A stretch of DNA of 64,000 bases from a virus. The notes under the pieces are model-generated. The model did no database searches and was not told the origin of the DNA. It saw only the letters and a list, made by a program, of their open reading frames with translations. Positions 27,949-37,747 of this stretch are shown here, in pieces. Each line of letters opens with the position of its first letter. The first letter of the stretch is position 1. The DNA lies in the IMG/VR virus record IMGVR_UViG_3300017763_000005, positions 1 through 64,000 of that record; one strand, 5' to 3'. Position numbers and translations under genes: made by a program.

Positions 27949-28042
27949 TTTTTTCTTTTTTTATATTCATTATATTCAAATTGTATTACTGGTATTGCTA
28001 ATGGTAAAAACAAAATGATAGGTATTAACCATAACCAGTTGT

Positions 28043-28288
28043 TCATTTTGTTTTAATATTATCTCTTAATCTTGGTGGCATGCCACTCTTAATTCTATTT
28101 TGTACTTCTTTCCATCCATCACCAGCTCTTGAAAGAACTGATTTACCACCATCATGATCTATATTTAATGTACTATAATGTGATTGAATGTTTGGATTAT
28201 CTTTTAAGTATTCAACTTTACTTTCATAAGACATTATCTTTTCGAAGACTTCGTCTGTTTCAGTATTTTTAAATTCATATGTTGGCAT
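28043..28288 (-). CDS. FmdB-like small protein lacking the Cys ligands
   Basis: MPTYEFKN..T.E.FE start; GWKEVQNRIK. Confidence 0.7.
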   Translation of the reverse strand: MPTYEFKNTETDEVFEKIMSYESKVEYLKDNPNIQSHYSTLNIDHDGGKSVLSRAGDGWKEVQNRIKSGMPPRLRDNIKTK

Positions 28289-29198
28289 CTAGTATTTCTC
28301 CAAGTCTTTTATGAGCGGACATCTCATCTTTACATAGATAAGAATATATATACCAAAGCAAAAAGCATCTGCTATCGTCTTTACTATACCATGACATATC
28401 ATTTATATATCCACGCAGTTCTGTTAGTATTCTTAAATCTTTTGTTATCCAATGATAATCAGGATATCCATAAGATATAATAGGTACATCATGCATCATA
28501 CATTCAATACCAGCTGTTGAGTTTTCAGTTATTGCTAATCTTGTTTTAGGCAATACATCGTGTATTGATACAAATCCAATAATAACAGTATGACCAGCAT
28601 CTTCCCATTTTTCTATTTGTTTATTTAAGTTTCTTATAATATGAGTTGCTTTTCTTATTCTTGGATGTAATTTGATAACTAAATTTTCATTTTTAAGTTT
28701 ATCTATTATCATACACATCTTTTTCCAATGATCACCAAAGCTAAATCCATAAACAGTTTCGTCTTCTGGCATTTGGCCTATAATAAGTATATGATCGTCA
28801 GGTACATTTTTAGCTCTTTCCCACTTAAGTAAAATTGAATCATCCCACTTATTAGATCGATCTTCAACCATCTTTTCAATATAGCTCCAACTAATGTTCT
28901 TTGTCCATATAAAACCGTTATATCCTGGTTCTTCAAATGTAATACGAGAACTATTAGCATATCCTAAATCACATATTTGAAAATGCTTACTTGTAGGAGC
29001 TGTTGGCTTAAATATAATAGAATTCTCTGGCATATCAGGTTCTAAATCTCTTGCTGTATGATTGTATATATGTAGATCAGGTTCTCCATCAGTTTCTTTC
29101 ATGCCTCTTAGATTTAAACCAGCCTTTATACATTCAGCTGCATGTTTAAAGTTGCCTTTAAACGTATATCGATATTCGTAGAATTTATATGTTTCCAT
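28275..29198 (-). CDS. Capsule-synthesis (KpsS/KpsC-like) glycosyltransferase-fold protein
   Basis: IIGQMPED, VIKLHP, TENSTAGIECMMHDVPIISYG motifs. Confidence 0.6.
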   Translation of the reverse strand: METYKFYEYRYTFKGNFKHAAECIKAGLNLRGMKETDGEPDLHIYNHTARDLEPDMPENSIIFKPTAPTSKHFQICDLGYANSSRITFEEPGYNGFIWTKNISWSYIEKMVEDRSNKWDDSILLKWERAKNVPDDHILIIGQMPEDETVYGFSFGDHWKKMCMIIDKLKNENLVIKLHPRIRKATHIIRNLNKQIEKWEDAGHTVIIGFVSIHDVLPKTRLAITENSTAGIECMMHDVPIISYGYPDYHWITKDLRILTELRGYINDMSWYSKDDSRCFLLWYIYSYLCKDEMSAHKRLGEILDANI

Positions 29199-29748
29199 TA
29201 AACCACTTAGGTATAGGTCTTTTAGACCATATCATATTAAATCTTTTTTGTTTTGTTTTGTAAAAATTGCGATATGATTCTACAGGATCAGTGCCACCTA
29301 ATCCAGTAACTACGCATTCTGGATTAGAACCCATTGCAAGTTTAAATTGTGTTTTACCTATCTTGATATTATTTGGTAATGACGAAAGTATCTCTCTGAG
29401 TTTTGTATCTGTTGAATGTACTTTACCATATCGGTAAGTATACTCATCACAAAGGCCAATAAAATGTTTGTAATGCCAAGTGTAATTACAACAGCCTTCG
29501 CGAGTCCATATTGTTGATGGATGATTAAAATGGCAGGCTTTGTATAGTATATCCTCACGTTCATCATCTAACTTCCAGTATTGTAGCATTGCTCCAGATT
29601 TAGATGGTCTTCTTTCCATAACACCGTCTACCATGCGATGTACTGTAGACAGCATTTGAGCAGATTCGACAATCATTTTTACTACATGTTTGTCGCACTG
29701 CTCTTGTGCTGCAATCACGGGGTCATTATCTAGTATAAAAATATTCAT
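29185..29748 (-). CDS. Pyrimidine-dimer DNA glycosylase (DenV)-superfamily protein
   Basis: MNIFILD.DP..AA...CDKHVVKMIVESAQML, HFNHPSTIW, EYTYRYGKVH. Confidence 0.75.
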   Translation of the reverse strand: MNIFILDNDPVIAAQEQCDKHVVKMIVESAQMLSTVHRMVDGVMERRPSKSGAMLQYWKLDDEREDILYKACHFNHPSTIWTREGCCNYTWHYKHFIGLCDEYTYRYGKVHSTDTKLREILSSLPNNIKIGKTQFKLAMGSNPECVVTGLGGTDPVESYRNFYKTKQKRFNMIWSKRPIPKWFNGNI

Positions 29749-29755
29749 AATATAT

Positions 29756-29784
29756 ATTATACCACATTTTCAAAGTAATGTAAA
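29756..29784 (-). promoter_or_regulatory. Early promoter
   Basis: GTTTACA-17-TATAAT. Confidence 0.8.
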
Positions 29785-30000
29785 CGATTTATTGCATTTC
29801 TTTTAAAGTGTGATACATGTAATCAATTTGCTTTCCCAGCTTGTAAGCTTTAATGTTCCTCCCTTTTTTAACTAATTTTCTTTTATGGTATATTGCTTTA
29901 GAAATATCTTTCTTTAGGCTTTCAATTTGTACAAACATAGTTTCTCCTATATTATAAAAATTAAACAATTGTATCATAACAAAAATCTGGGGATCACCTC

Positions 30001-30453
30001 CTATTTTACTATCAGATTTGGAAATGCATCACGAATTAATATTTTCGTAATACCTTTAATTGCTAGTGACTTATCTTTAGCTGCAACTAGCAATTCAGCT
30101 TCTTCCTTATTTAAAGTTTCAAGAAGCTGTAGAAACATGCTTTCTCTTTTAAGAGGCTTCATTGCTAACGCAACAGGACCTTTAAAAAAGTATTTAAATT
30201 TTTTGTATTCTTTATTAAGAATTGAATATTCGTAACCTTTAGGAGCATCATCTTGCTGATAAGCTGGTGCGCCTTCTGGTAACATTGATACGATAGTATC
30301 ATCGTAGTTTATTCTTAGGATATCTAATAATCCTGGTGATTTATTTGCTTGTAAATAAGCAATACGATCGCTTTTCTTTACGATCTTGGAAGCTTTTTCT
30401 AGTACTTCCGAAACTAATTGTCTAGCCATTGTAAAATTCCTCCACGACTTCAA
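30001..30453 (-). CDS. Conserved T4-like hypothetical protein
   Basis: LPEGAPAY, KRESMFLQLLE.L...EAELL..AKDK; follows rnh. Confidence 0.75.
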   Translation of the reverse strand: MKSWRNFTMARQLVSEVLEKASKIVKKSDRIAYLQANKSPGLLDILRINYDDTIVSMLPEGAPAYQQDDAPKGYEYSILNKEYKKFKYFFKGPVALAMKPLKRESMFLQLLETLNKEEAELLVAAKDKSLAIKGITKILIRDAFPNLIVK

Positions 30454-31276
30454 TCAAATGATTACATCTTTTCTTTATTAAATAGTTTAATACTTTCATA
30501 TTTGGCGTTTTTGTTTGCCCGTTAAAAGTATTTATAATTGTTTCTTGTATGTTTTCTGGTATATCAGTCAAATCTATCAGTTTTTTGTTACGTTGATAAT
30601 TGCGATATATTTCATCATCCATAGATTCTCTTAGATTATCTGCGTTTTCTAACCATGCATCAATCTTTGTCTGTCTTAATGGTGTTTGGCTTTTTTCAGA
30701 TATAAATGTATCGTCAGCTGAAAGAACATTTGGTATTCCATCTCCTGTATCTCCTCTCATAATATGATTAAAGAGATATGTTCTAGGATTCTTATCAGTC
30801 ACAAACTTCTTTTGTATAGGACTAAATTGTTTAACATTTTTAAACTTTTGTAATTGAATAAAGTCTTTATCAGAAGAGATAATCATAACTGGTTCATTCA
30901 TACCAAACTCTTGTGTTTGCATAGTTAATGTACCAATAACATCATCAGCTTCTACGCCTTCTAGATGTACGACTTTATATGGTAGGTAATCTCTTATTTC
31001 ATCTCTTACAGTATGCAAAATTCTAAATATTTCAGTCCAATCTTGACTTGAACTATCTCTGTTCTTTTTACGAGCTGCTTTATATTCTGGAAAGAATTCT
31101 TTTCTCCATGTATTCATGCCATCAGCACATATAACAAGTTGCCCATATTCTTCTCTATATCTTTTGTTGTACATACGTATACTATTAAGTATCATATGTC
31201 TTATCATGCTTTCATCATTGAGCTTTTGCACAATTATATTAGACAGCGCTATTTGGCTGTAATCAATCAGTATCAT
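30422..31276 (-). CDS. rnh: T4-type RNase H (5'-3' exonuclease)
   Basis: MILIDYSQ, WRKEFFPEYKAAR, EADDVIG, ISSDKDFIQLQ, GDTGDGIPN. Confidence 0.95.
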   Translation of the reverse strand: MILIDYSQIALSNIIVQKLNDESMIRHMILNSIRMYNKRYREEYGQLVICADGMNTWRKEFFPEYKAARKKNRDSSSQDWTEIFRILHTVRDEIRDYLPYKVVHLEGVEADDVIGTLTMQTQEFGMNEPVMIISSDKDFIQLQKFKNVKQFSPIQKKFVTDKNPRTYLFNHIMRGDTGDGIPNVLSADDTFISEKSQTPLRQTKIDAWLENADNLRESMDDEIYRNYQRNKKLIDLTDIPENIQETIINTFNGQTKTPNMKVLNYLIKKRCNHLIEVVEEFYNG

Positions 31277-31691
31277 TATCTTCTGGATCCTCGGGTGTAA
31301 AAGTAAATTCTATATCGCTATCTTCTGGTGTAAATGTATATTCAGCTATTTGATGATTAGCTTCTTCATTTATAAGAATCATTTCTTTGATTTTTATATA
31401 AGCGTTATCCATTGTTTGATGCAATCCATGTGGCATAGCGTACCAACGATTAAACATTGCATTTAACATATTAACAATAACAAACATATCTCTTGACTCT
31501 TGTTTTGTTTCATCTCTGAAATCCATTAACATAAAGTCTTGATTTACTTCACCAGTTGTAATAAACTCTTCCATTACTTCTAATAAGAAATGAGAGTTAT
31601 CAACACATTCATCGCTGAGTTTATTAAGAAGATCAGCATCTTCTTTTTCTTTTTTGATTTCCGGAGTCGGAAACTTTAATATTTTTGCCAT
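31263..31691 (-). CDS. Hypothetical acidic protein
   Basis: ORF directly behind an early promoter. Confidence 0.65.
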   Translation of the reverse strand: MAKILKFPTPEIKKEKEDADLLNKLSDECVDNSHFLLEVMEEFITTGEVNQDFMLMDFRDETKQESRDMFVIVNMLNAMFNRWYAMPHGLHQTMDNAYIKIKEMILINEEANHQIAEYTFTPEDSDIEFTFTPEDPEDNDTD

Positions 31692-31700
31692 AATATATCT

Positions 31701-31729
31701 ATTATACCATACTTTTAAGTAAATGTAAA
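31701..31729 (-). promoter_or_regulatory. Early promoter
   Basis: GTTTACA-17-TATAAT. Confidence 0.8.
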
Positions 31730-31732
31730 CGT

Positions 31733-32161
31733 TTATTTTAAGTTTTTTACAGCATTACCACCTATTCTACAATTGATAATACCGTTATAATACTCTTCTT
31801 TTAATAAGACTTCTCTTTCGAATTGCTCTTTTGTTTCAAGATATGCGCATTCGCCTTTCGATTTACAGAGATGTATAATCTCTCTATGGAAGAAGTCTTC
31901 TCCCATCTTTTCGACATCTTGTTGTAGGTGTTTATTAGAACCGTAGTATGTACGCCAATCCGATTCGACTTTAAGTCTTTTGCGCCTCTTTCGAGTTTTT
32001 GTAATAGGAAGAGTCTTTGCCTTCCAAAAAAATTTCTTTCCAATGTACTTTTTTGCTGTGCCTCTATTGGTTATACAATATACAAAACCGTACCACACGT
32101 CTGGAGTAAAATCTTCTGGTGGTTCGAACTTTCTTCCTTGATATATCCAATTATTCGTCAT
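31733..32161 (-). CDS. GIY-YIG family endonuclease
   Basis: YGFVYCITN...KKYIGKK, ESDWRTYYGS, E...Q, YYNG. Confidence 0.85.
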   Translation of the reverse strand: MTNNWIYQGRKFEPPEDFTPDVWYGFVYCITNRGTAKKYIGKKFFWKAKTLPITKTRKRRKRLKVESDWRTYYGSNKHLQQDVEKMGEDFFHREIIHLCKSKGECAYLETKEQFEREVLLKEEYYNGIINCRIGGNAVKNLK

Positions 32162-32288
32162 TAAAATCTAATTCGTCTAAATCATCATCAGCTGGTTCGC
32201 CGCAATGAGGACAAAAATTTATTCGTGTTTCTCTGTCATCAGGTTTTATGACTATGCGTGAATAACAATATTCGCACTCTAAAATCAC
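32151..32288 (-). CDS. Small zinc-ribbon protein (not in ORF track)
   Basis: GTG start overlapping the grx stop; MILECEYC...FCPHCGE plus acidic tail, 45 aa. Confidence 0.7.
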   Translation of the reverse strand: MILECEYCYSRIVIKPDDRETRINFCPHCGEPADDDLDELDFNDE

Positions 32289-32512
32289 AACTCTAAATCT
32301 ACTAAAGCTTGAAGTTCTGTGTAACCGCCAATCTTATTTCCATCTACTATAATTTGTGGAAATGTTCTTGCGTTAGGAAAAATTTCTAGCATTTCTTCTC
32401 TACCAAAGTCTTCTCCAAGTTGTTTATATGTGTATTCCATATCCTCTCTTTCACATAATGCTTTTGCTTTATCACAAAAAGGACATTGTGTTTTTCCATA
32501 TATCTCTATCAC
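32285..32512 (-). CDS. nrdC: Glutaredoxin
   Basis: CPFC active site, TFPQI, IGGY. Confidence 0.93.
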   Translation of the reverse strand: MIEIYGKTQCPFCDKAKALCEREDMEYTYKQLGEDFGREEMLEIFPNARTFPQIIVDGNKIGGYTELQALVDLEL

Positions 32513-32952
32513 TTCATTGTCTCCTCAATAAATTTACCTATTGTTTTCATATCATCATCTGATAGCATACCTACTTGAGCCCACATAGTAGAACTCATTG
32601 ATCCCACAGTTTCACGATTCTTGTACTGTTGTAATCTTTGGTATATGTAATCAGCAGATTTTCCTTTAAGCGCTGGGAACACGGCCATACCTTGTCCCTC
32701 GCTACCGTGGCAAGCGGCACATCCAGACCAAAGTCCTTTAATGGAACTAAATGGATCTGTTGCAGCGGCAGCGTTTTTTCTTTGTTCAATTTCAGTAGCC
32801 GTGCCATTAATTTTAACATATTCTTCATAACATTCTCCTATACATGATGTATTTCTTTTACCATTTTTATGTTCTAAATCTGGATATACTGTTGCTCCAA
32901 GAAATCCAAATATACTTGCTGTTGCTAATAAAGCCATTCCTAATTCTTTCAT
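32509..32952 (-). CDS. Membrane-anchored c-type cytochrome (c553/c4-like)
   Basis: CAACHG heme motif, FPALKG, distal Met region MSSTM; N-terminal hydrophobic anchor. Confidence 0.88.
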   Translation of the reverse strand: MKELGMALLATASIFGFLGATVYPDLEHKNGKRNTSCIGECYEEYVKINGTATEIEQRKNAAAATDPFSSIKGLWSGCAACHGSEGQGMAVFPALKGKSADYIYQRLQQYKNRETVGSMSSTMWAQVGMLSDDDMKTIGKFIEETMK

Positions 32953-33284
32953 TATGTTCCCGTTGATGTGCTTGTTGATGTTGATGTACCAGTCGCTGTA
33001 GTAGTTGTAGGTACCGTAGTTGTGGTTACATCCATATTTTCTAGCTCTTCTATAATCTGAGCTTCTATTTCAGCTTCTGTTTGTGTTGATGTCGCTGTTG
33101 ATGTACCTGTTAATGATTCAGCAACTGCTGTAAGTACTGCAGCTGTTTGAGTTACCTGTGTAACATCAACTGCATTATCTGGTACTGATTGTTCTACTAC
33201 TGGTGCTTCTGGTTCAGGATCTACTTCTTCCCATAGGTTTCCTTCCCATGCCCAAAGTAGTGCTATTAATACTATTACTTCCAT
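32952..33284 (-). CDS. Thr-rich low-complexity protein with N-terminal anchor
   Basis: GGAG RBS; late promoter TATAAATA at 33304-33311. Confidence 0.6.
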   Translation of the reverse strand: MEVIVLIALLWAWEGNLWEEVDPEPEAPVVEQSVPDNAVDVTQVTQTAAVLTAVAESLTGTSTATSTQTEAEIEAQIIEELENMDVTTTTVPTTTTATGTSTSTSTSTGT

Positions 33285-33306
33285 ATTTTTCTCCGTTAAA
33301 AATTAT

Positions 33307-34380
33307 TTATAAGCTTAAACCGCTTAGCGTATTTTTATCTACGTCTTGTTTTACTCCACCAACAACATAAGAACTTATCTCTGTTTCTTGTGGAGCAACT
33401 TGTACATTACCACCTGATATCCATTTTTCTGTCCAAGGTAATGGATTCATTTGTGGTACGTGATAAGGACAAGGCAAACCTAATGCTCTCATTCGTTTGC
33501 ATCCTATCCATTCTATATAGTTATGTAATATTGCTTCGTTTAAACCAATCATAGAACCATCTTTGAAAAGATATGTTGCCCATGCTTTTTCTTGTTCAAT
33601 AACATCTACAAATAATTTAACAGCTTCATCTTCCATTTGTTTTGATATTTTAACAAAGTCTTTATCTTCTTTTAAGAGATTACGTATCATAACTGTTGTA
33701 CCAGCTAAATGAGTATTTTCATCTCTTGCAATAAACTTAATAATCTTTGCGTTACCTTCCATCTTTTTTAATTCAGCAAATGCCCATGAACAAGCAAATG
33801 ATACATAGAATCTAATACCTTCTAATGCATTAGCTGATAATAAACACATCCATAGTGTTCTTTTATTTGATAACTTGTTTGTTGCTGCTCTATTATCGTC
33901 AATAAGTTCATCATAGTATTTTGCAATGTCATCTCCACATTCCATAATTTCTTTTACATCAAGCATTGAATCAAAGACTGCACTTGGATCTGGATAGATG
34001 TTTCTTATAATATGAGTGTATGATCTACTATGAATTGTCTCAAAGAATGACCATGTTTCAATCCAGTTCTCTACTTCAGGTAACGAACATATAGGAAGGA
34101 AAGCAAGGTTCGGGGCCCGACCTTGAACAGAGTCCAATAGTATTTGCCTTTTGAGATTAGATGTGAAGATGTGTTTTTCATGATCAGTTAAATTATCAAA
34201 ATCCTTTTTGTCTTTAGATACATCAACTTCTTCAGGTCTCCAAAAGAAACCAAGTTGTTTATCTGTTATCTTTTCTAGTTGAGGGTATTTGACTTGATCG
34301 TATCTTGCGATGTCAACACTCTCATCAAAAAACATATTACGTTCTAAGTGAGATTTTTTATTTTTCTTGAGTACTGCCAT
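33307..34380 (-). CDS. nrdB: Ribonucleotide reductase class Ia beta subunit
   Basis: FFWRPEEVD, ETIHSRSY, LEGIRFYVSFACS, DENTH, VAPQETEISSY. Confidence 0.98.
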   Translation of the reverse strand: MAVLKKNKKSHLERNMFFDESVDIARYDQVKYPQLEKITDKQLGFFWRPEEVDVSKDKKDFDNLTDHEKHIFTSNLKRQILLDSVQGRAPNLAFLPICSLPEVENWIETWSFFETIHSRSYTHIIRNIYPDPSAVFDSMLDVKEIMECGDDIAKYYDELIDDNRAATNKLSNKRTLWMCLLSANALEGIRFYVSFACSWAFAELKKMEGNAKIIKFIARDENTHLAGTTVMIRNLLKEDKDFVKISKQMEDEAVKLFVDVIEQEKAWATYLFKDGSMIGLNEAILHNYIEWIGCKRMRALGLPCPYHVPQMNPLPWTEKWISGGNVQVAPQETEISSYVVGGVKQDVDKNTLSGLSL

Positions 34381-34591
34381 CGGGTTTCCATGAAATGTTT
34401 GATTTTGTTTCTATTGCGTCTTGTGCGCACTGTATATATTCTTTGTCTTCTTCTGAAAGTACTGACCAAAATTTACTTATTGTTAAGGTATGATCATATA
34501 CTACTTTCGGATTTCTTAAATGATAATCTACTTCCATCCAAGCTTGAAGTATGTCCATTCTTTGATTTATTTTCTTTCTTAAATCTTGCAT
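34358..34591 (-). CDS. Hypothetical protein between nrdA and nrdB
   Basis: ORF overlapping both neighbours; SKFWSVLSEEDKEYI. Confidence 0.65.
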   Translation of the reverse strand: MQDLRKKINQRMDILQAWMEVDYHLRNPKVVYDHTLTISKFWSVLSEEDKEYIQCAQDAIETKSNISWKPDGSTQEK

Positions 34592-36888
34592 GAATCACAA
34601 TCTTCATCATCTTCAACATAGGTTTCTGCTTCACCATCATATGCATGATGAGTTTCACCATCAGTTATCTCACCAGCACCATCAAAGGTGTTAAAGTAAT
34701 ACAACTGTTTGAGGCCATACTTATATGCCGTCACGAGATCAGTAATCATTACTGACATTGGTACCTTATTATCCTCAAAGTGTTCAGGATTATAAGATGT
34801 GTTTACAGAGATACCTTGGTCTATATACTTTTGTAATATACCACATATTGCTAAGTATCCTTCTGGAGATTTTTGATCCCACAGTAAATCATACTTATTC
34901 TTAAGGTGGTGATAACCAGGTACGACCTGAGCCATTACACCATCTTTACTCTGTTTGTACGATACCAATGCTCTTGGTGGTTCAATACCATTCGTACTGT
35001 TACTTATCTGAGCGCTTGTTTCAGCGGGCATTAAGGCCATTAGTGTAGAGTTTCGAATTCCCGTTTCTCTGAGTTGTTCTCTTAACTCTTCCCACGGCAA
35101 ACGTTCTCTATGCACTATAAGATTATCTAACGCTCTCTTATAAGTGTCGATAGGAAGTACTCCATCAGAATATTTCGTATCAGTATTATATATCAATTTT
35201 CCTTTCTCAGCGGCAAGGTTTGCTGAACTTTTTATTAAATAATATGACCATGCTTCTGCATATTCATCTACTATTTCGTATGCAGATTCATCGTATTTTA
35301 ATCCTCTTTTTGCAAGAAAGTACGCGAGGTTGATAATCCCAACTCCCAACGGTCTTCGAGATAATGTACCTTTTTCTGCTGCTGGGATTGGATACCCTTG
35401 ATAGTCAAGTAGCTCATCAAGAGCACGCACAGACAAATCGCAATATTTTTCAAATTCGGTGGTTTCATTTATAAGTCCCCAATTAATAGCCGATAAAGTA
35501 CATAATGATATTTCACCTTCTGTGTCATCATAGTTACTTAAGGGCTTTGTAGGTAAATCAATCTCACAACATAAATTACTCATACGTATTGGAGCAACTT
35601 CAGGTTTAAACGCACCATGATCATTTGCATGATCTACATTCATAAGATATATTCTACCTGTATCTTTTCTTTCAGTTAAAAATTGTTGAAAGACTTCAAG
35701 CGCTGGTAATGATTTTTTACGTATTGATGTCTTTCTTTCGTACTTCTCATATAACTTATCAAACTCATCTTGATCTGCAAAGAACGCTTCATAGAGTCCT
35801 GGCACATCATTTGGATCGAAGAAAGTTATATTACCGCCTGATAATAACCTTTCATACATAAGTTTATTGAATTGAAATGCATAGTCCATATGTCTTACAC
35901 GACTTTCATCAGTACCTTTATTGTTTTTAAGTACAATAAGATCTTCAAACTCATAGTGCCAAAGAGGTAAATAAACTGTGGCCGCTCCTCCACGTACACC
36001 TCCTTGCGAGCACGACTTCACAGCCGATTGAAAATACTTTAGGAATGGTATTAATCCTGTATGTACAACCGAACCATCACCTACCTTGGCACCATTCGCT
36101 CTTATTGATCCTGCGCCTATTCCAATACCTGCTTTCTTGCTTATATATCTGACAATAGAAGTAGCAGTAGCATTAATAGAATCAAGGGAATCTCCTGATT
36201 CAATAAGGACGCAAGAACTGAATTGTCGAGTCGGTGTTCTAACGCCTGCCATGATTGGAGTAGGTAGTGATATATAGAATTGAGAAATTGCATCATAATA
36301 GTCCTTTACAAATTTAAGTCGGTTATCTTTATACTTACCAAACAAAGTCATTGCAATCATCATATACAATATTTGTGGAGTTTCGTATATTTGTTTAGTT
36401 CTTCTATCTTGAACTAAATATTTACCACGGAATTGTTCCATTCCAGCGTATGTAAATGTATCATCTCTTTCATGCTTAATATAATCATTAAGCTCACTGA
36501 TTTCTTCATCACTATATATGTTAATGACTTCTTCATCATATACTCCAAGTTGTATATTCCTATTAATGATTACCCAAAGCGATGGAACTTGATAGTCTCC
36601 ATAAGCTTCTTTTCTCATTTTATAAGATATAAGTCTTGCTGCTACGAATTGATAGTTTGGTGTATGATCAGAAATTAATTCTGCTGTGGATTTGATTAAC
36701 AACTCATGAATATCATAAGCTGGAATCTTATCGTAAAGTTGTATGTTTGCTTTGAGTTCGATTTCAGACATTGATACGCCTGATATATCTTCAACTGCCC
36801 ATTCTAAAACTTTGTGTACTTTCTCTAAATCAAATGGTTGTATTGTTCCATCTCGCTTAGTGACATTTATTGTAGTTGTTCCATTCAT
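34579..36888 (-). CDS. nrdA: Ribonucleotide reductase class Ia alpha subunit
   Basis: ATP cone VTKRDG, QFSSCVL, SNLCCEI, LYY, C-terminal CDSCKI. Confidence 0.98.
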   Translation of the reverse strand: MNGTTTINVTKRDGTIQPFDLEKVHKVLEWAVEDISGVSMSEIELKANIQLYDKIPAYDIHELLIKSTAELISDHTPNYQFVAARLISYKMRKEAYGDYQVPSLWVIINRNIQLGVYDEEVINIYSDEEISELNDYIKHERDDTFTYAGMEQFRGKYLVQDRRTKQIYETPQILYMMIAMTLFGKYKDNRLKFVKDYYDAISQFYISLPTPIMAGVRTPTRQFSSCVLIESGDSLDSINATATSIVRYISKKAGIGIGAGSIRANGAKVGDGSVVHTGLIPFLKYFQSAVKSCSQGGVRGGAATVYLPLWHYEFEDLIVLKNNKGTDESRVRHMDYAFQFNKLMYERLLSGGNITFFDPNDVPGLYEAFFADQDEFDKLYEKYERKTSIRKKSLPALEVFQQFLTERKDTGRIYLMNVDHANDHGAFKPEVAPIRMSNLCCEIDLPTKPLSNYDDTEGEISLCTLSAINWGLINETTEFEKYCDLSVRALDELLDYQGYPIPAAEKGTLSRRPLGVGIINLAYFLAKRGLKYDESAYEIVDEYAEAWSYYLIKSSANLAAEKGKLIYNTDTKYSDGVLPIDTYKRALDNLIVHRERLPWEELREQLRETGIRNSTLMALMPAETSAQISNSTNGIEPPRALVSYKQSKDGVMAQVVPGYHHLKNKYDLLWDQKSPEGYLAICGILQKYIDQGISVNTSYNPEHFEDNKVPMSVMITDLVTAYKYGLKQLYYFNTFDGAGEITDGETHHAYDGEAETYVEDDEDCDSCKI

Positions 36889-36898
36889 TATAATATAT

Positions 36899-36927
36899 AT
36901 TATACCACAAAAGTAAACAAATGTAAA
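36899..36927 (-). promoter_or_regulatory. Early promoter for nrdA
   Basis: GTTTACA-17-TATAAT. Confidence 0.8.
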
Positions 36928-36930
36928 CGT

Positions 36931-37233
36931 TTATTTTTGTTTTATTTTAAGTCTTCTTTCTATTTCTTTTATTCTATTGTCAAGGTTGGCATAACCATCA
37001 AAGGATTCTATACCACACTTAGGGTGTGCATCTCTCTCTAATACTGCAATTCTTTTTGATATGAGAGGATATTTTTCATGGAACTTTTTATCTTGTTTTA
37101 TAATATCGATTCCAAGCTTTGTTTCAGCCCATTTATCTAATTTTAGTAAAGATGGGTGTAAGAAACTAAATACTGATGTTGTTAATAATTTAATAATAAT
37201 TGCACGAAAAACGGCAACTATTATGCTAATCAT
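36931..37233 (-). CDS. Hypothetical membrane-anchored protein
   Basis: ORF track; hydrophobic N-terminus. Confidence 0.55.
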   Translation of the reverse strand: MISIIVAVFRAIIIKLLTTSVFSFLHPSLLKLDKWAETKLGIDIIKQDKKFHEKYPLISKRIAVLERDAHPKCGIESFDGYANLDNRIKEIERRLKIKQK

Positions 37234-37747
37234 CTTTTTTAATTGCTACACCAGCACCTTTATCGCCGTTAGGCATAGTAACATTTTTATAATAAACTAC
37301 TACTTCTCCCAGTTGTTTTAGGTATCGCTTAAGTTCTTGCATATCCTCAGCCATTACTTTATAGTCTCCAACTGATGTAGCTACAAATACAACTTCACCG
37401 CTGTTTTGTTTTTTCATTTCATCAAGGAATCGATCTAAATAAGTATAACCTTCTGGCCAGTCTGGATTTTCTGTTTCAGATTTATCACAAACCTTTGGTC
37501 GTTTTTCTTTACCATCTTCTTGTACAACCTTTTTACAAGGATTAGCAATACGAGCTTCTGATACCACATACCATTTAGGTGCTGTAAGTTCTACAGGTCT
37601 TGGCAAATCAGGTTGCATAATATCTATTTGTATTGGCTTAGATACAGTCTCTATTTTCTTAGGACCTAATAAACCTAAGGTACTGCATCCTGTAAATAGA
37701 AAAATACTACTGATTAAGAGTACTAAGTTTTTCTGTATCATCTTCAA
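37226..37747 (-). CDS. Outer-membrane lipoprotein, probable o-spanin
   Basis: Lipobox FTGC, Pro-rich segment, C-terminal helix; overlaps the upstream i-spanin candidate. Confidence 0.7.
   Translation of the reverse strand: MKMIQKNLVLLISSIFLFTGCSTLGLLGPKKIETVSKPIQIDIMQPDLPRPVELTAPKWYVVSEARIANPCKKVVQEDGKEKRPKVCDKSETENPDWPEGYTYLDRFLDEMKKQNSGEVVFVATSVGDYKVMAEDMQELKRYLKQLGEVVVYYKNVTMPNGDKGAGVAIKKDD

Noticed and set aside
34579-36888. Introns or inteins in nrdA, nrdB or gp43
   Set aside because: All are uninterrupted and of normal length
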